Source: a virus
Direction: 5' to 3' (one strand)
Length of the DNA stretch: 64,000 bases
Virus genome (UHGV): UHGV-1351772
Made by a program: the position numbers and the translations under genes. Positions within the stretch are counted from its first letter, which is position 1; each line of letters begins with the position of its first letter. The notes beneath the pieces were generated by a model. It had not been told where the DNA came from. It searched no databases and saw nothing but the letters and a program-made list of their open reading frames with translations. Shown here one piece after another: positions 1-10,506 of this stretch.

Positions 1-628
1 CTAACGATTGTTGAACAACCGTCAAATCGGGATCTTCAGGTAAGTTTAGGAATACGAACGCAGAGGGGTTTTGCGGATAAAGGCGCAAGTATTCTGCAAT
101 ACGTGACAGACGTGCATCGTTACCTACTGCGAGTTGTTCATCCACAACCATAGCTGAGAGATAGTTACGCATCACTGTCATTACACGGGGTGAAACACGA
201 ATGACCAAATCTTCAAAATGGATATTGTCATCGCCGTATACGTAACGGCAGATACTTTCCAGGATAAACTCTGGCGTCTCTCCAGACATCACGAGACCGT
301 ATAGCGTATCGGTGTCTTCGAACTCTTCGAATTTAGACGTAATGCCATCCAGAATACGCACGGTCTCTTTCGGTTTACGGAAAACTTCTTGTGGGTTTAA
401 AGCGACGCCTAAACGGTTGCCTAACGCCACGGCACATTTTACAATAATCCCTTCCAGTCTTACGGTTTCGTCGGCAGGATCAGACGACGGTTGCCAATAC
501 ACATCGCTTAGCGCAACATCGTAACCGTAATCCATGCACAGCGTTACTAAGTCCAGGAAAGGCGCAGCACGTTCTTCCGCACGATTGACGGTAAGAACGG
601 CGGCGTAATCGGTATAAATGTCAATCAT
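1..628 (-). CDS. hypothetical protein, partial (ATG at 628, runs off the window start)
   Basis: Minus-strand ATG at 628..626 followed by an open frame to position 1 (MIDIYTDYAAVLTVNRAEER...), translated by hand for the first ~45 codons; absent from the ORF track because no stop lies in the window. Confidence 0.5.
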   Translation of the reverse strand, partial: MIDIYTDYAAVLTVNRAEERAAPFLDLVTLCMDYGYDVALSDVYWQPSSDPADETVRLEGIIVKCAVALGNRLGVALNPQEVFRKPKETVRILDGITSKFEEFEDTDTLYGLVMSGETPEFILESICRYVYGDDNIHFEDLVIRVSPRVMTVMRNYLSAMVVDEQLAVGNDARLSRIAEYLRLYPQNPSAFVFLNLPEDPDLTVVQQSL

Positions 629-660
629 AGCCTTTTCCAATACAAGGGGTTCATACCAAA

Positions 661-701
661 GCGAAAAAAAAGAAAAAGCTAAGGGAGTCGTAAAGACTCC
701 C
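661..701 (-). terminator. intrinsic terminator
   Basis: Hairpin gggagtc-gtaaa-gactccc (683..701) followed on the minus strand by a T-run (rc of 661..680), just after the stop of the 708..1013 gene. Confidence 0.6.
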
Positions 702-707
702 TTACAT

Positions 708-1013
708 TTAATTTTTCAGCTTAAGTTCTTTCTCCAAACCTTGTAGCTCTGGGTCACCGGCAGTAACGTCACTCATGACTTTCTTAATCGCGGCTTTACG
801 ACGATTAAGCACACGGAGCATCATCATAATCTCCCACCGTGGCCGATCTAACCACTCGTCGAAGGTCATTCTGAAATGCTCGCCTATCTGCTCACGCAGA
901 TACACTTCCATCCAGATTTCATACAGACTCCCGTATTCGGGGTTTTCAAAATCTGATAAGCCAACGTGTCTCGTCCCGGTGTCTAGGCCGACCGATAAGT
1001 CGTACGCACCCAA
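708..1013 (-). CDS. hypothetical protein (101 aa)
   Basis: Minus-strand ORF in operon context, followed by a terminator; no recognisable motif. Confidence 0.5.
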   Translation of the reverse strand: MGAYDLSVGLDTGTRHVGLSDFENPEYGSLYEIWMEVYLREQIGEHFRMTFDEWLDRPRWEIMMMLRVLNRRKAAIKKVMSDVTAGDPELQGLEKELKLKN

Positions 1014-1129
1014 AAGCTCATCGTGAGCTTCCTGATAAGTTATCGGGCGCGTGCTACGTTGTTTGAACAGAGAGGTGGTATCAAGCTTAAGCGTATTAAT
1101 GACGTGATCCGAAGGAATCTCGTTCGGGT

Positions 1130-3088
1130 CTAGCCAATAACGGCGTATTGATCCCTCAGATACCGCTGAATCTCGGACACCACTCGAGATAGCTCGAAAA
1201 AAACGCGGTCCGGTGAGATCGTCACGATACCACGGTAAGTTCCTTCTTTTTCGCCCTCATGGGTTTTACCGCAAGACGGACATTTCTGACCCATATATCC
1301 GAACACCGCCAAACGACTACGTTCGTTATAGTTCGCCGCAGCCGCCTCAAACTCGTACACATAGTGACGATCGGAAGACAGCTCCTCCAGAATCTGGATA
1401 ATCTTATCGGTATCCGTTTCTGTGGTGCTTACCTCACGAATTTCATCGTCCTGCATAACTTCTTCAGTTACCGTAATGGATTCCACCATATACGCATAAC
1501 GTGTTAAGCGACGTGCTTCGGTAATGAGGCGAAGGTGATCTTCACGCTCCCGCTCGGTGCCTTTCTCAGCCAACGCAGATGTAGACGCGGTGTTGTTCTC
1601 TTCCACCCAACGTTCTGTATTATCAAAGAACTTACCTAACGTCGAACGACCGAATTTAACGGTAATACCGTCGCTTACGAATGTCGCAGACGGATCTTTC
1701 AGGTGTTCTTCAACAAACTTACGTTGTTCCAAACGACTGATCGTAACGTCTTCTTTACCACGCTGTTGGGCCCACAGGCTACGCTGCATATCGGTGTAAA
1801 GCGACGTACCCATGCGGATACAACGGGCCAGGTTCAGACGAATATCTTCTTGATAACCACATCCCTCATGACCACAGATTAACGTCCATGGCAAACCGCC
1901 GGGATATTTCGCTTGCATCACACCAATCAGCAACAGCCAATAATCCGCAAGATCGATAGTATCCAGCAACACGGTCTTCATGTCGTTCCCTTCGCAATCC
2001 AACGTGCAGTCGGTAACGAAGCGTAACGCAAATTCAACCATATGGCTTAAATAGATACCCGAAGATGCGGATAACATCAGACCGTAGGTCTGCATACCGA
2101 TTTTTGCAGTTTCCAGGGTCAGCTGAATATCAAAATCACAGATTTCGCGTTCTAACGGTGCACGGAAGCCTACAAAGATACCCGTTGCGGGTAACCATAC
2201 CCAGTTAGGGATACCTGACTTACGACGACGACGAAGTGCCGCAATAGCACCAGTGTGCTGACTGTTACGTGGTGTAATGAAGCCAACCGGCTTAGACATT
2301 CCCGGCAACTGTACACGCTGTTCCCAGGCGGTATCTTCACGAGACAATGCACCATCGAATGCTTGCTGTTGGTTTTGTAAACGCGGTGGCATCATGTTCA
2401 GGGCGCGATACAAACGCTCGTACAGGTCACGCTGTTCTTCCGATTTAAACAGGAGCCGACCGTCACTACCGCGCGGAACACTGGAAAAGAATTTCTTCAG
2501 TTCACTACCGATGAGATTCGGGTCTTCACGCAAACCAATCAGTGTATTGAACTCCGTCAGAACTCGACCTGGATCGTCTTCGGGCAATTCACTGATTTCC
2601 TCGTGTGGTGCTTGCGTACCAAAATTCACATGGTGCTCAGCTGGTTGTTCTTTCACTGCCGGGGATGCTTCAGGTTCGTGATCAGCGGCAATCTGTGAAC
2701 CTTCGATCGCTTGAGGAACGTAAGGTTCTTCGGCTTTCTTCTCTACCACCGGCGCAGGTTTGTCTGCGACAGGGGCAGGATCAGGTTGCTGAATAACCGG
2801 CTCAACGACAACGGGTTCTGGCTCAGCAATCGTTACTACCGGAGCAGGCTCTTCTTCATAAACCGGTTTAGGTAGAACGGGTTCTTCAGCAGGTTTCACT
2901 TTTACGAGATTGTGATACATCTCTTCTGCTTGGGCAAATGAAAAATGGGGATTACTGCGTTTGATTGCCATAATCCCATCGTCGGCGGACATCGTAGACA
3001 AGTCAGCCTCAGGTACGACGACATGAGGTGTGTCTTCCTGAACCCGACGACGCCCATTACCTGGGCGTTGGTCTAAAGTATCTGACAT
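1130..3088 (-). CDS. hypothetical protein (652 aa) with Pro/Glu/Val/Ala-rich N-terminal linker and C-terminal Cys cluster
   Basis: Long ORF; low-complexity PEPVVVEPV-type region in residues ~60-150; CGHEGC and CPSCGK cysteine pairs near the C-terminus. Confidence 0.55.
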   Translation of the reverse strand: MSDTLDQRPGNGRRRVQEDTPHVVVPEADLSTMSADDGIMAIKRSNPHFSFAQAEEMYHNLVKVKPAEEPVLPKPVYEEEPAPVVTIAEPEPVVVEPVIQQPDPAPVADKPAPVVEKKAEEPYVPQAIEGSQIAADHEPEASPAVKEQPAEHHVNFGTQAPHEEISELPEDDPGRVLTEFNTLIGLREDPNLIGSELKKFFSSVPRGSDGRLLFKSEEQRDLYERLYRALNMMPPRLQNQQQAFDGALSREDTAWEQRVQLPGMSKPVGFITPRNSQHTGAIAALRRRRKSGIPNWVWLPATGIFVGFRAPLEREICDFDIQLTLETAKIGMQTYGLMLSASSGIYLSHMVEFALRFVTDCTLDCEGNDMKTVLLDTIDLADYWLLLIGVMQAKYPGGLPWTLICGHEGCGYQEDIRLNLARCIRMGTSLYTDMQRSLWAQQRGKEDVTISRLEQRKFVEEHLKDPSATFVSDGITVKFGRSTLGKFFDNTERWVEENNTASTSALAEKGTEREREDHLRLITEARRLTRYAYMVESITVTEEVMQDDEIREVSTTETDTDKIIQILEELSSDRHYVYEFEAAAANYNERSRLAVFGYMGQKCPSCGKTHEGEKEGTYRGIVTISPDRVFFELSRVVSEIQRYLRDQYAVIG

Positions 3089-3091
3089 TAA

Positions 3092-3664
3092 TTAACCCTC
3101 TGCTTCAACGACGGTGTCTGGTTGTTTTACAGCCTGCTCAGCCTGCTGTAGAAGTTCGTACGCTTCGGCGAACGTGCTACCTTGCTGCATTGCACGTTTT
3201 ACAAAATCGGCGCGACTATTGTACAATGACAAGATTTCAATCGCGGCACCCTGAATATCTTTGCCCAGGAAGATCGCATCGGTTTCCAGGTTAGTCACCA
3301 GCAGAGTATCCAGCTCGTATTGCTCTTTGACATTGGCCCAATTTGTGCTTTCCAACATCGTTTTGGTTTTGGTTGCCACTTCATCGATCGCAATCAATTT
3401 AGCACCCAGCTTTTCTTTCCCCTCTGCCATCAGTCCCACGAAAGCCGCTTTCGCTTCGTCTAACGCGTTAATGGCAAACTCTTTGTATTCTGGTTCTTGC
3501 AGCGCGTCCAGAATCTCGCGTTCTTTGTCGATACGCTCAGCCAAAATTTTCATTTGGTCTTCGAACAGAATGACCAGTTTATACACGTTCTTCACGCTAT
3601 CACGAAGGGTTTTCTTCGCCAGAGCACGTGGATTATAAGCGGGTTTCTTTTTACGACGTGACAT
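3092..3664 (-). CDS. hypothetical K/E/A-rich alpha-helical (coiled-coil-like) protein
   Basis: 190-aa ORF 4 bp downstream of the previous gene; basic N-terminus MSRRKKK then a charged helical-type composition. Scaffold-like, but function not established. Confidence 0.5.
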   Translation of the reverse strand: MSRRKKKPAYNPRALAKKTLRDSVKNVYKLVILFEDQMKILAERIDKEREILDALQEPEYKEFAINALDEAKAAFVGLMAEGKEKLGAKLIAIDEVATKTKTMLESTNWANVKEQYELDTLLVTNLETDAIFLGKDIQGAAIEILSLYNSRADFVKRAMQQGSTFAEAYELLQQAEQAVKQPDTVVEAEG

Positions 3665-3725
3665 TTTTATATTCCTTTAGCAAAAAAAGAAAGGGTGTAC
3701 ACAATATACACCCGTTCTGTTCTTT

Positions 3726-4109
3726 TTAACCGTTATCATGAGGAACGGTTACCCAACTGTGCCATTTCTCGGAGTATAACCGATAGGCCACTTTCGGGTT
3801 TTGGTCTACATTACCTGCGGGGTTTTCAGACCACAGAACCCAACTGTACAATTCATAAGACGAAGTATTACGAATACTGGAGTTACGTGTGATATAATAG
3901 CATTTACCACGTTGGAAAATCTGCATTCCTGCATAGTGTTCATTCACCATGTAATAGTGAAATGCGACACTCATTACAGGATCGGTACAGAGTCTATTTA
4001 CGACGTCTAAAACGTCGGGATACGCCTTTAAAACTTTTTCGAGAAAACTTGCTAAGTTCAGACCGGCATACGGCGCGGTTGGCTCTGTTGGCTGCGGCGG
4101 TAGTAACAT
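3726..4109 (-). CDS. hypothetical protein (start uncertain)
   Basis: 127-aa ORF overlapping the 3' end of the helicase gene by 115 bp; the true start may be an internal Met. Confidence 0.35.
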   Translation of the reverse strand: MLLPPQPTEPTAPYAGLNLASFLEKVLKAYPDVLDVVNRLCTDPVMSVAFHYYMVNEHYAGMQIFQRGKCYYITRNSSIRNTSSYELYSWVLWSENPAGNVDQNPKVAYRLYSEKWHSWVTVPHDNG

Positions 4110-5703
4110 CAGCTTTCCTTACAATATACGGTGAGGTGGCTATCTTAAACGACAACACAGAATCACTCAGTGATTTTTGACGCGCATTCAAGTAATTGCA
4201 ATGCTTCGGTATCGAATAAGAATGGAATAACCACACAACGGGATCGAGTTCACCCCAGTCGTTGTGGAGAATCTTACGTGGACGTCCGGCCATCTGGCGG
4301 TTTAACTGCTGGTCTTCCACAGGAGTAGTAATGTACATGTGCACCAGCCCCGGTTTGTCAACCGCAGTACCTGCTTTCCCTGGTGTTGAAATAGAGAAAT
4401 CCGCTTGAATAAAGTCGTCATACGAATCCCCTGCGTTATATTTCGCAACCATCAACGCATGGAACTTATCAGATTGTGCAAGCTTCTCTCGCACGTAATC
4501 CGTAAAGAACTCACACATTGCGACAGTTGCGAACAACACCAACACTTTCTGACCAGGTTGATAACCTGCCAGATACGTCCGTTCTATTACATCCCAGACC
4601 ATATCCGCGTACGACTGATGAAGGTTTTCGCTAATCAGCTTCCCTTCAAACAGTTTGTGGTTATACGGGGTCATCTTCGTTGCCCACCACGCAAACCGTT
4701 TATTCTCAATTCGGTAATACAACGCTTTCACATGTACCGCAGGAATAATCGGAATGGTGATACGTGCCTCTTGTGGGAAACGTTCTTTATACCGTTCTGC
4801 CAAGAACGCTTTCGATTCACCCGGTTGGAGTGTAGCCGACATCTCAACAGAGGGCGGCGGATTCAACATAATTCCAGCCATGTACACCAAGTGGAAATGT
4901 TCGTGCACTTCATCCATCGATAAGAACCCAACACCTAGCGTGTTATAGAAATCATCGATGTTCACTGGGTTAGTCGCAGCGGTGTTGATATATTCTTTCA
5001 AAAACCGCTGTAACGTCACTGTAGAGACGATAATAACTTTGATGCCACGTTTATCCAACTCACCACTTTCACCCATTTCTAGCGCTTCGTAGACCGCTTG
5101 TACGCCCTGTATAACCAAGACGTCCTCTTTCGATTCACGAAGTCCAGTAGGATCTTCCGTTAAGTCGAATAACCATTTAGAGATGTACGTGGGTCGATGA
5201 ATCAATAACGTTCTTACCCCTTTACGAACCATCACTTTCATGTTCGTCTTCGACTTACCCATCCCTGTACCAATCTCAAAGATGGTTTGTAAGCGGTTAG
5301 GCTGGCACGCCGTTTCTACAACGCCATTCTGATAAAAGAAGCGTGACGACTCATCTTCTTCTATCATGTTAAAGCCGTAGTTTTCAAACGTACAGCGGTA
5401 AGGTGTTCCCTGGGTTAAGTGATGCTCGTAGAGTTTAAAGTCAATTGCAAACTCAGCGGCCGTTCGGTTAATAATGATTCGTAAACGTTCGGAAAAATTC
5501 CGGTGGAATATAAAGGTACGGATAGAAGGAATATGTGCGTAATACGGATCGCCACGTTCGGTGATGATTCTTCCGTATTGTTTACCCATTTTCGGGGCGT
5601 GCATATTCTCTTCTGCCCACTTTAGGATTGCCGACTCTATAGGTCGACAAGGGACTTCGACCCTCACACCCATACTCGTAAAGGTCATGTGGAATTCGTA
5701 CAT
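3994..5703 (-). CDS. SF2 helicase-like ATPase (DExH box)
   Basis: P-loop GTGMGKSKT and motif II MDEVHEHF (DEVH) in the right order in a 569-aa protein. Confidence 0.55.
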   Translation of the reverse strand: MYEFHMTFTSMGVRVEVPCRPIESAILKWAEENMHAPKMGKQYGRIITERGDPYYAHIPSIRTFIFHRNFSERLRIIINRTAAEFAIDFKLYEHHLTQGTPYRCTFENYGFNMIEEDESSRFFYQNGVVETACQPNRLQTIFEIGTGMGKSKTNMKVMVRKGVRTLLIHRPTYISKWLFDLTEDPTGLRESKEDVLVIQGVQAVYEALEMGESGELDKRGIKVIIVSTVTLQRFLKEYINTAATNPVNIDDFYNTLGVGFLSMDEVHEHFHLVYMAGIMLNPPPSVEMSATLQPGESKAFLAERYKERFPQEARITIPIIPAVHVKALYYRIENKRFAWWATKMTPYNHKLFEGKLISENLHQSYADMVWDVIERTYLAGYQPGQKVLVLFATVAMCEFFTDYVREKLAQSDKFHALMVAKYNAGDSYDDFIQADFSISTPGKAGTAVDKPGLVHMYITTPVEDQQLNRQMAGRPRKILHNDWGELDPVVWLFHSYSIPKHCNYLNARQKSLSDSVLSFKIATSPYIVRKADVTTAAANRANRAVCRSELSKFSRKSFKGVSRRFRRRK

Positions 5704-5706
5704 GCT

Positions 5707-5742
5707 CCCCTCTTACAAAAAAAGAGGGGCGCAGGCCCCTCT
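5707..5742 (-). terminator. intrinsic terminator
   Basis: gaggggc-gcag-gcccctc hairpin followed on the minus strand by TTTTTTTG, immediately after the stop of the 5746..7845 gene. Confidence 0.6.
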
Positions 5743-5745
5743 CGT

Positions 5746-7845
5746 TTACTCAATGATAGTCGCGGCCACCGTATTGTCGTATAACGACGCCGGACGTTTA
5801 CGTGACGTGTAGAAACGCACGTTGTCCAGGTTTTTCTGTTGGCCTTCGAATAACAACATCGGTACAGCTGAACGCATCGCAATCAACGTGTTGTGATCCT
5901 CGAAACGTTTGCCATCCATCACATCAGCATCTTCACTATCAAACCCAACCGCCGGGAAAGGATTGGTCGGTGATTCAACGCGTGATATCGCCAGCATAAT
6001 CGCGATGTGTGTCATCGGAATACCACCGAGCTTACGTTGGATATATTTAAACACATCAAATAACGCGTGCGTACATTGTTTCTCCGTAGCACCGCGCATC
6101 TGAACCAGTGTCGTTGGTTTTACCTTACCTGACTTCTTGCTCAAACGCATTGAGTCATCAGAGAACTGTTCGAAAGTATCCGATTTATCAGACGCAACCG
6201 AACGAAGTTTCAATTCTAACCCTGCTACAAACTCCGCCATAGATTCAGACCGATTCGTATAAATTAGTATCGGCCAACTCGGTTTCCATCCTTTCAGGGG
6301 AATCCGTACCAGCTTCTTCGACGGGAAGGTAATGTTATCGCGCTGTTTCAGGAAGAAATGTAAGAAGGCTTTCGAGAAGTTACCACAAACCCCCATACGG
6401 ACGTCAATGGGATCTTCGGCCAACACATTCCCAGCTTCATCCAACCGCAAAAAGGTCAGTTCGTTAATCTCCGGCAATGCCGTTTCGTCGATCACTTCCA
6501 AATCATCGTGATACGCGATTTGGCTGATTTCAGAATAGACTTCATCGGAAATAACGAGTTGGTATTCATCCCAATTACCGTACTGCGGTTTCTCCCGTAA
6601 ACTCAATCCTTTTACGGAGTTGTGTTTATACTCACCAAGATAATCCCGCATTCTTGGAGTCAGCACCAGATTCAGCAGATAGCGTAAGAAGTCCAGGTGT
6701 TTCGTTGAGAGAATCCCCTGTGTACCCTTTTCAGATATCGAGGTTGAGGCCAAGTGGCCTGGTGACGTTCCCGGCGAAAGGTTATAAATCAAATCACCCA
6801 TGCAGGTTGCACAAATGCTTTGACGCGCCATCCCCTTACAACACATCGCGGTACGAAACTCAATAGGTTTGCCTAAGACTTTCTCAAACTCCCCTTTCTC
6901 GAATCGTAACCACGGGCCACCCACACCTTCAAAACGATAACGCATTCCCACCATCGCATCGTACTTCTTACGCTCCAGTTTACTTTCTGTAAACGTGTGG
7001 CGATGAACGTGATGTGTACCACAATCGTCGTATTCGAAATACATTAACACGTTGGCTGCTAACTGTAGCTTACGTGACGCATATTCCGCATCGGCGATTT
7101 TATCGGTATTATACAGGTGAGTACGTGACGTCGCTCCCGCTTCTTTCAGACGGCTAATTACAGAATGTAGACCCGTAAAGAAACCTTCCCATACCTGGTT
7201 GGAATAAACGCGAGAATCAATCTCTGATGTTTTCCCACGTATATACGCCTGAAGAACCTGGTTCATTTTGATGGTCTTATCCAAGACCGACATCACCACA
7301 GGGTTTAAACGAAGTTGTGGGTCTTTGAAGATATCTTCGATAAGAAGATACGCTTCTTCGATCATATCCCGACCTTCTTCGTCGTACCCAGTAGGATACA
7401 TTTGTGCCCACTGATGAATCTGCGTAAAATTTCGGTGTTGGTAAATTTCCATCATCGTATCGTAGTCAATCGTGACGCAATACGACAACAGATTTTTCAC
7501 CGATAAGTTAAACGCATCCGCATAGACGTGCTGCTGCAATAAATAGCGGGTATCTGCTAAATCCACACCCGCTTTACGTGCTGCCACAGCTGCCAATGAC
7601 ATAAACTTCAGATGTGCGTCATCTGTAGCGGTGTCGCCATGTTTATACGCCATTTGCGAACTGATTGGGATCTGCGGATAAAATCGTGTTAGCCCCCAAT
7701 AAGGCCAACTGATTTTAATGTGGCGTCCTGACATGTTTAAGGTTATCCCGTCATCGAACGTCACTTCATATCTGCCGCGCAATAGCCACACCTGATCCGA
7801 GTTCAGTTTACACAGATCACGCACGTGAACTGGAGTGCCCTTCAT
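5746..7845 (-). CDS. multisubunit RNA polymerase beta-prime subunit, C-terminal fragment (set A)
   Basis: SISEKGTQGILSTKHL matches the conserved beta-prime block AAQSIGEPGTQLTMRTFH; start overlaps the stop of the upstream beta gene (ATGA). Confidence 0.6.
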   Translation of the reverse strand: MKGTPVHVRDLCKLNSDQVWLLRGRYEVTFDDGITLNMSGRHIKISWPYWGLTRFYPQIPISSQMAYKHGDTATDDAHLKFMSLAAVAARKAGVDLADTRYLLQQHVYADAFNLSVKNLLSYCVTIDYDTMMEIYQHRNFTQIHQWAQMYPTGYDEEGRDMIEEAYLLIEDIFKDPQLRLNPVVMSVLDKTIKMNQVLQAYIRGKTSEIDSRVYSNQVWEGFFTGLHSVISRLKEAGATSRTHLYNTDKIADAEYASRKLQLAANVLMYFEYDDCGTHHVHRHTFTESKLERKKYDAMVGMRYRFEGVGGPWLRFEKGEFEKVLGKPIEFRTAMCCKGMARQSICATCMGDLIYNLSPGTSPGHLASTSISEKGTQGILSTKHLDFLRYLLNLVLTPRMRDYLGEYKHNSVKGLSLREKPQYGNWDEYQLVISDEVYSEISQIAYHDDLEVIDETALPEINELTFLRLDEAGNVLAEDPIDVRMGVCGNFSKAFLHFFLKQRDNITFPSKKLVRIPLKGWKPSWPILIYTNRSESMAEFVAGLELKLRSVASDKSDTFEQFSDDSMRLSKKSGKVKPTTLVQMRGATEKQCTHALFDVFKYIQRKLGGIPMTHIAIMLAISRVESPTNPFPAVGFDSEDADVMDGKRFEDHNTLIAMRSAVPMLLFEGQQKNLDNVRFYTSRKRPASLYDNTVAATIIE

Positions 7846-10082
7846 TATTCATCGCCCCTTTTCATTTTCACCAATTCAAACCCTTCACAGCTGTGAATGT
7901 TTTTCATCATCCTGTCAATCTGTGAATCCCCTAACGGGAATTTATTTCGGTCTACCAGTGGACCCGGATTAGACGGGGTTTGAGATCGATAAAGCCCTAC
8001 TAAAATCTCACGATGCACCGCAGGGTTATTTGCCCTGTCGTGAACTTCTTCGTAGTTACCTGGACCATAACCCGCTAACAGTCGTTCTTCCGAAGGACCA
8101 GCCCATTTTAGCGTTTTATAGTTTATCGGATACGAACCGCGGCCTTGGTTAGACGCGTCTATCGTACCCAGATAATTCAGATACATTGACGAGATACTGG
8201 AAAACTCACGACCTGTTTTATCCAGACGTAATGTTTCCACACCACCTACGTAAAACTCATTTTTTGTCCATTCCTGTTTACCATCGAAATTAGTAATCAG
8301 GAGTTTGGATTTACGCGGTTTAAATTCACCCAACCGTTCACTGATATCGACTGGCGTGTCGTCAAGTTCATGTGGTAAGTAAATACGGATTGTAAAATCG
8401 TAAATCTCTTTGAAAAGTTCGCGTTGTAAATCCTCCGTAGGATGCGTTGCCTGTAGTGTATTGGCCCATTCTGGATTATAGCGTGATAGATAATCCATCA
8501 GGATTTCCCAGCTCTCGCTGATACGTCCTTCATCCAGCAATGGTTTGAGACGCATTTTCAACTGTTCAGACGCAGCTGACCAATACATGTGGAATAATGC
8601 TGCATAAGTCGAGCGACGAATTACAGCGTTCATCGAACGTAAAACGTGAACACGTTCACCGAATTCGTTAATCGGCATCTGTTCAACGGGTAATACACGT
8701 CCAACAATCCCTTTCGTACCCGAGCGGTCGGTAATCTTAGACGACACCGTTACCGGGATCGGATAACGAACAGCAATACGAATGGTATACGTGTTGATGG
8801 GATCGCTGAGTCCACGTTGTACTGGCGAGGTCAACTTAGAAAGAATCTGCTGACTGACATTTTCTTTACCGTATTCACCACGACGAATTGCTTCATCAAT
8901 CACCACGCGTATCTCTTCACGAAACTCGTGATAGACCTCGTACGTTTCAGAAGCGAACGCTTTTTCCAACAACACACACGCTTTCGGCGACCAGATAATA
9001 TTTTTGTCACGGGACATCGAGAAATAGAATCGTACGATGGCATTGTAATAGTCTTTCAATGCTAATGCGTATTTATCCAGTTCTCGTTTGTTCTCTTCGG
9101 TACAAGAAATATTGTTAGCACCATTCGCGCAAGACGTTTCATCACGCCACACCTGGATATCGACGATACGTGTACCGCTACGCTCCATCAGTTCTTTGTC
9201 GCCTGCAAGACGTGCTTTATAATGGACGGGATCGGCATCCACATATTCGCAACTATCAAAGAACGGAGAGACGTGTTGAGTTTCCCCAAGCGACGCATCA
9301 ATTGCACCGTAAAGCTCATCGAAACGACGCGATGCAATGACCAACCCATCGTCACGAATAGCCTCTCCTACATCCGGGAAATACCGTGGGACGCGATTAC
9401 CGTTCGGATCGATGTAACCGTAAGTATCCAGTAAAAACTCGTCTTCACGTAGCGTCTTTTCAACGATTTTCAAACCATAACCGTGGAGTTTTTGGGCGGC
9501 GTACTCAGAGATGGTGTAAGAATCCTCGATGATATCAGAATGCGAAATCGTAACGGTTGGTAGCACGACGCTATCGGCGTACTCGCCTTCCACCATACAC
9601 GACATCGTTGTAAGGATTTCATCCTTTTCCAACTGATCGGTTTCGCCACGTAAAATACTACGCAGTTTCATCGACTCACGTTTCTCAGATGAGAAGATGT
9701 TGTCGTGGTTAGTATAGAAGTTAATCTCTAGCACATCTATCATGGTTTTACCGCCCTTCATTTCTGCACGGCGGAAGAAGATAGCATGTTCTAACGCTTT
9801 AGAATCCCCACGACGACCATAACGTGTAAACGTCGCGCGGCGCTGACGACCGTCTTTGGTCATATAGTGGCAGATGCTACCGGGATCTTCTACAACGTCG
9901 TTGAACAGAAAATCGTGGTAGTTTATATCTGCCCCTGTAAAATGCGGCGATGGTTCAGGATTGTCGATAGGGACCGCAGACTTCATATGGTTGCCTACCA
10001 TCGATGCCCTTGCACCTGATACTTCGGTGATATTAATCTCACGGTCAGCCACACTGCTCATTAGCTCTACTGGCGTTTTCAT
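7845..10082 (-). CDS. multisubunit RNA polymerase beta subunit, C-terminal fragment (set A)
   Basis: KITDRSGTKGIVGRVLPVEQMP aligns with bacterial beta [24 protein letters not shown] (K..R.G.KG.......P.E.MP conserved). Confidence 0.7.
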   Translation of the reverse strand: MKTPVELMSSVADREINITEVSGARASMVGNHMKSAVPIDNPEPSPHFTGADINYHDFLFNDVVEDPGSICHYMTKDGRQRRATFTRYGRRGDSKALEHAIFFRRAEMKGGKTMIDVLEINFYTNHDNIFSSEKRESMKLRSILRGETDQLEKDEILTTMSCMVEGEYADSVVLPTVTISHSDIIEDSYTISEYAAQKLHGYGLKIVEKTLREDEFLLDTYGYIDPNGNRVPRYFPDVGEAIRDDGLVIASRRFDELYGAIDASLGETQHVSPFFDSCEYVDADPVHYKARLAGDKELMERSGTRIVDIQVWRDETSCANGANNISCTEENKRELDKYALALKDYYNAIVRFYFSMSRDKNIIWSPKACVLLEKAFASETYEVYHEFREEIRVVIDEAIRRGEYGKENVSQQILSKLTSPVQRGLSDPINTYTIRIAVRYPIPVTVSSKITDRSGTKGIVGRVLPVEQMPINEFGERVHVLRSMNAVIRRSTYAALFHMYWSAASEQLKMRLKPLLDEGRISESWEILMDYLSRYNPEWANTLQATHPTEDLQRELFKEIYDFTIRIYLPHELDDTPVDISERLGEFKPRKSKLLITNFDGKQEWTKNEFYVGGVETLRLDKTGREFSSISSMYLNYLGTIDASNQGRGSYPINYKTLKWAGPSEERLLAGYGPGNYEEVHDRANNPAVHREILVGLYRSQTPSNPGPLVDRNKFPLGDSQIDRMMKNIHSCEGFELVKMKRGDE

Positions 10083-10109
10083 TTTAATGCTCCTTTAGGT
10101 TGAATCAGT

Positions 10110-10136
10110 AGGATAATATCTATCTCACTTATTTTA
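10110..10136. promoter_or_regulatory. conserved palindromic AT-rich promoter/operator motif (copy a)
   Basis: taggataatatctatctcacttatttt sits between divergent starts at 10082 (-) and 10146 (+); core AGATA-A-TATCT palindrome shared with copies at 23740, 23820, 31621 and 39521. Confidence 0.55.
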
Positions 10137-10145
10137 GGAACGATT

Positions 10146-10469
10146 ATGTTAGACAATTTTATTACCCTAGAAGAATTCATACCTGCGCCTTACACCACGA
10201 CGTGGAAAGTGATGCACGATTACACAGACTATCTGCGTAAACACCCGAAAACTAAAATAGAAAATGTTGACCCACGCTACAGTTGGCCTGAGGTCCACAA
10301 TTTCTACGCCTACTGTAAACTCAAAGGTTACGCCGATATCATTATCTATCCGATGATGCTATTAAACGGGCTAGAAGACCCCATGAATTTCACCCCTGAA
10401 ATCACGCAACTAATCGTACCCGACGTCGGAACGGTTAGTGAGATTATTAGCACCATCGGTAATGATTAA
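10146..10469 (+). CDS. hypothetical protein (107 aa)
   Basis: Plus-strand ORF starting 10 bp after the promoter motif and ending at a bidirectional terminator. Confidence 0.5.
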   Translation: MLDNFITLEEFIPAPYTTTWKVMHDYTDYLRKHPKTKIENVDPRYSWPEVHNFYAYCKLKGYADIIIYPMMLLNGLEDPMNFTPEITQLIVPDVGTVSEIISTIGND

Positions 10470-10500
10470 AAAAAGAAGGGACCGAGTCCCTTCTTTTATA
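10466..10500. terminator. bidirectional intrinsic terminator
   Basis: gaagggac-cga-gtcccttc hairpin flanked by A-run and T-run between convergent genes 10146..10469 (+) and 10507..11886 (-). Confidence 0.65.
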
Positions 10501-10506
10501 CTTCAC

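Noticed and set aside
4405-4923. 172-aa plus-strand ORF
   Set aside because: Lies inside and antisense to the helicase-like gene (3994..5703), which carries ordered Walker A and DEVH motifs.
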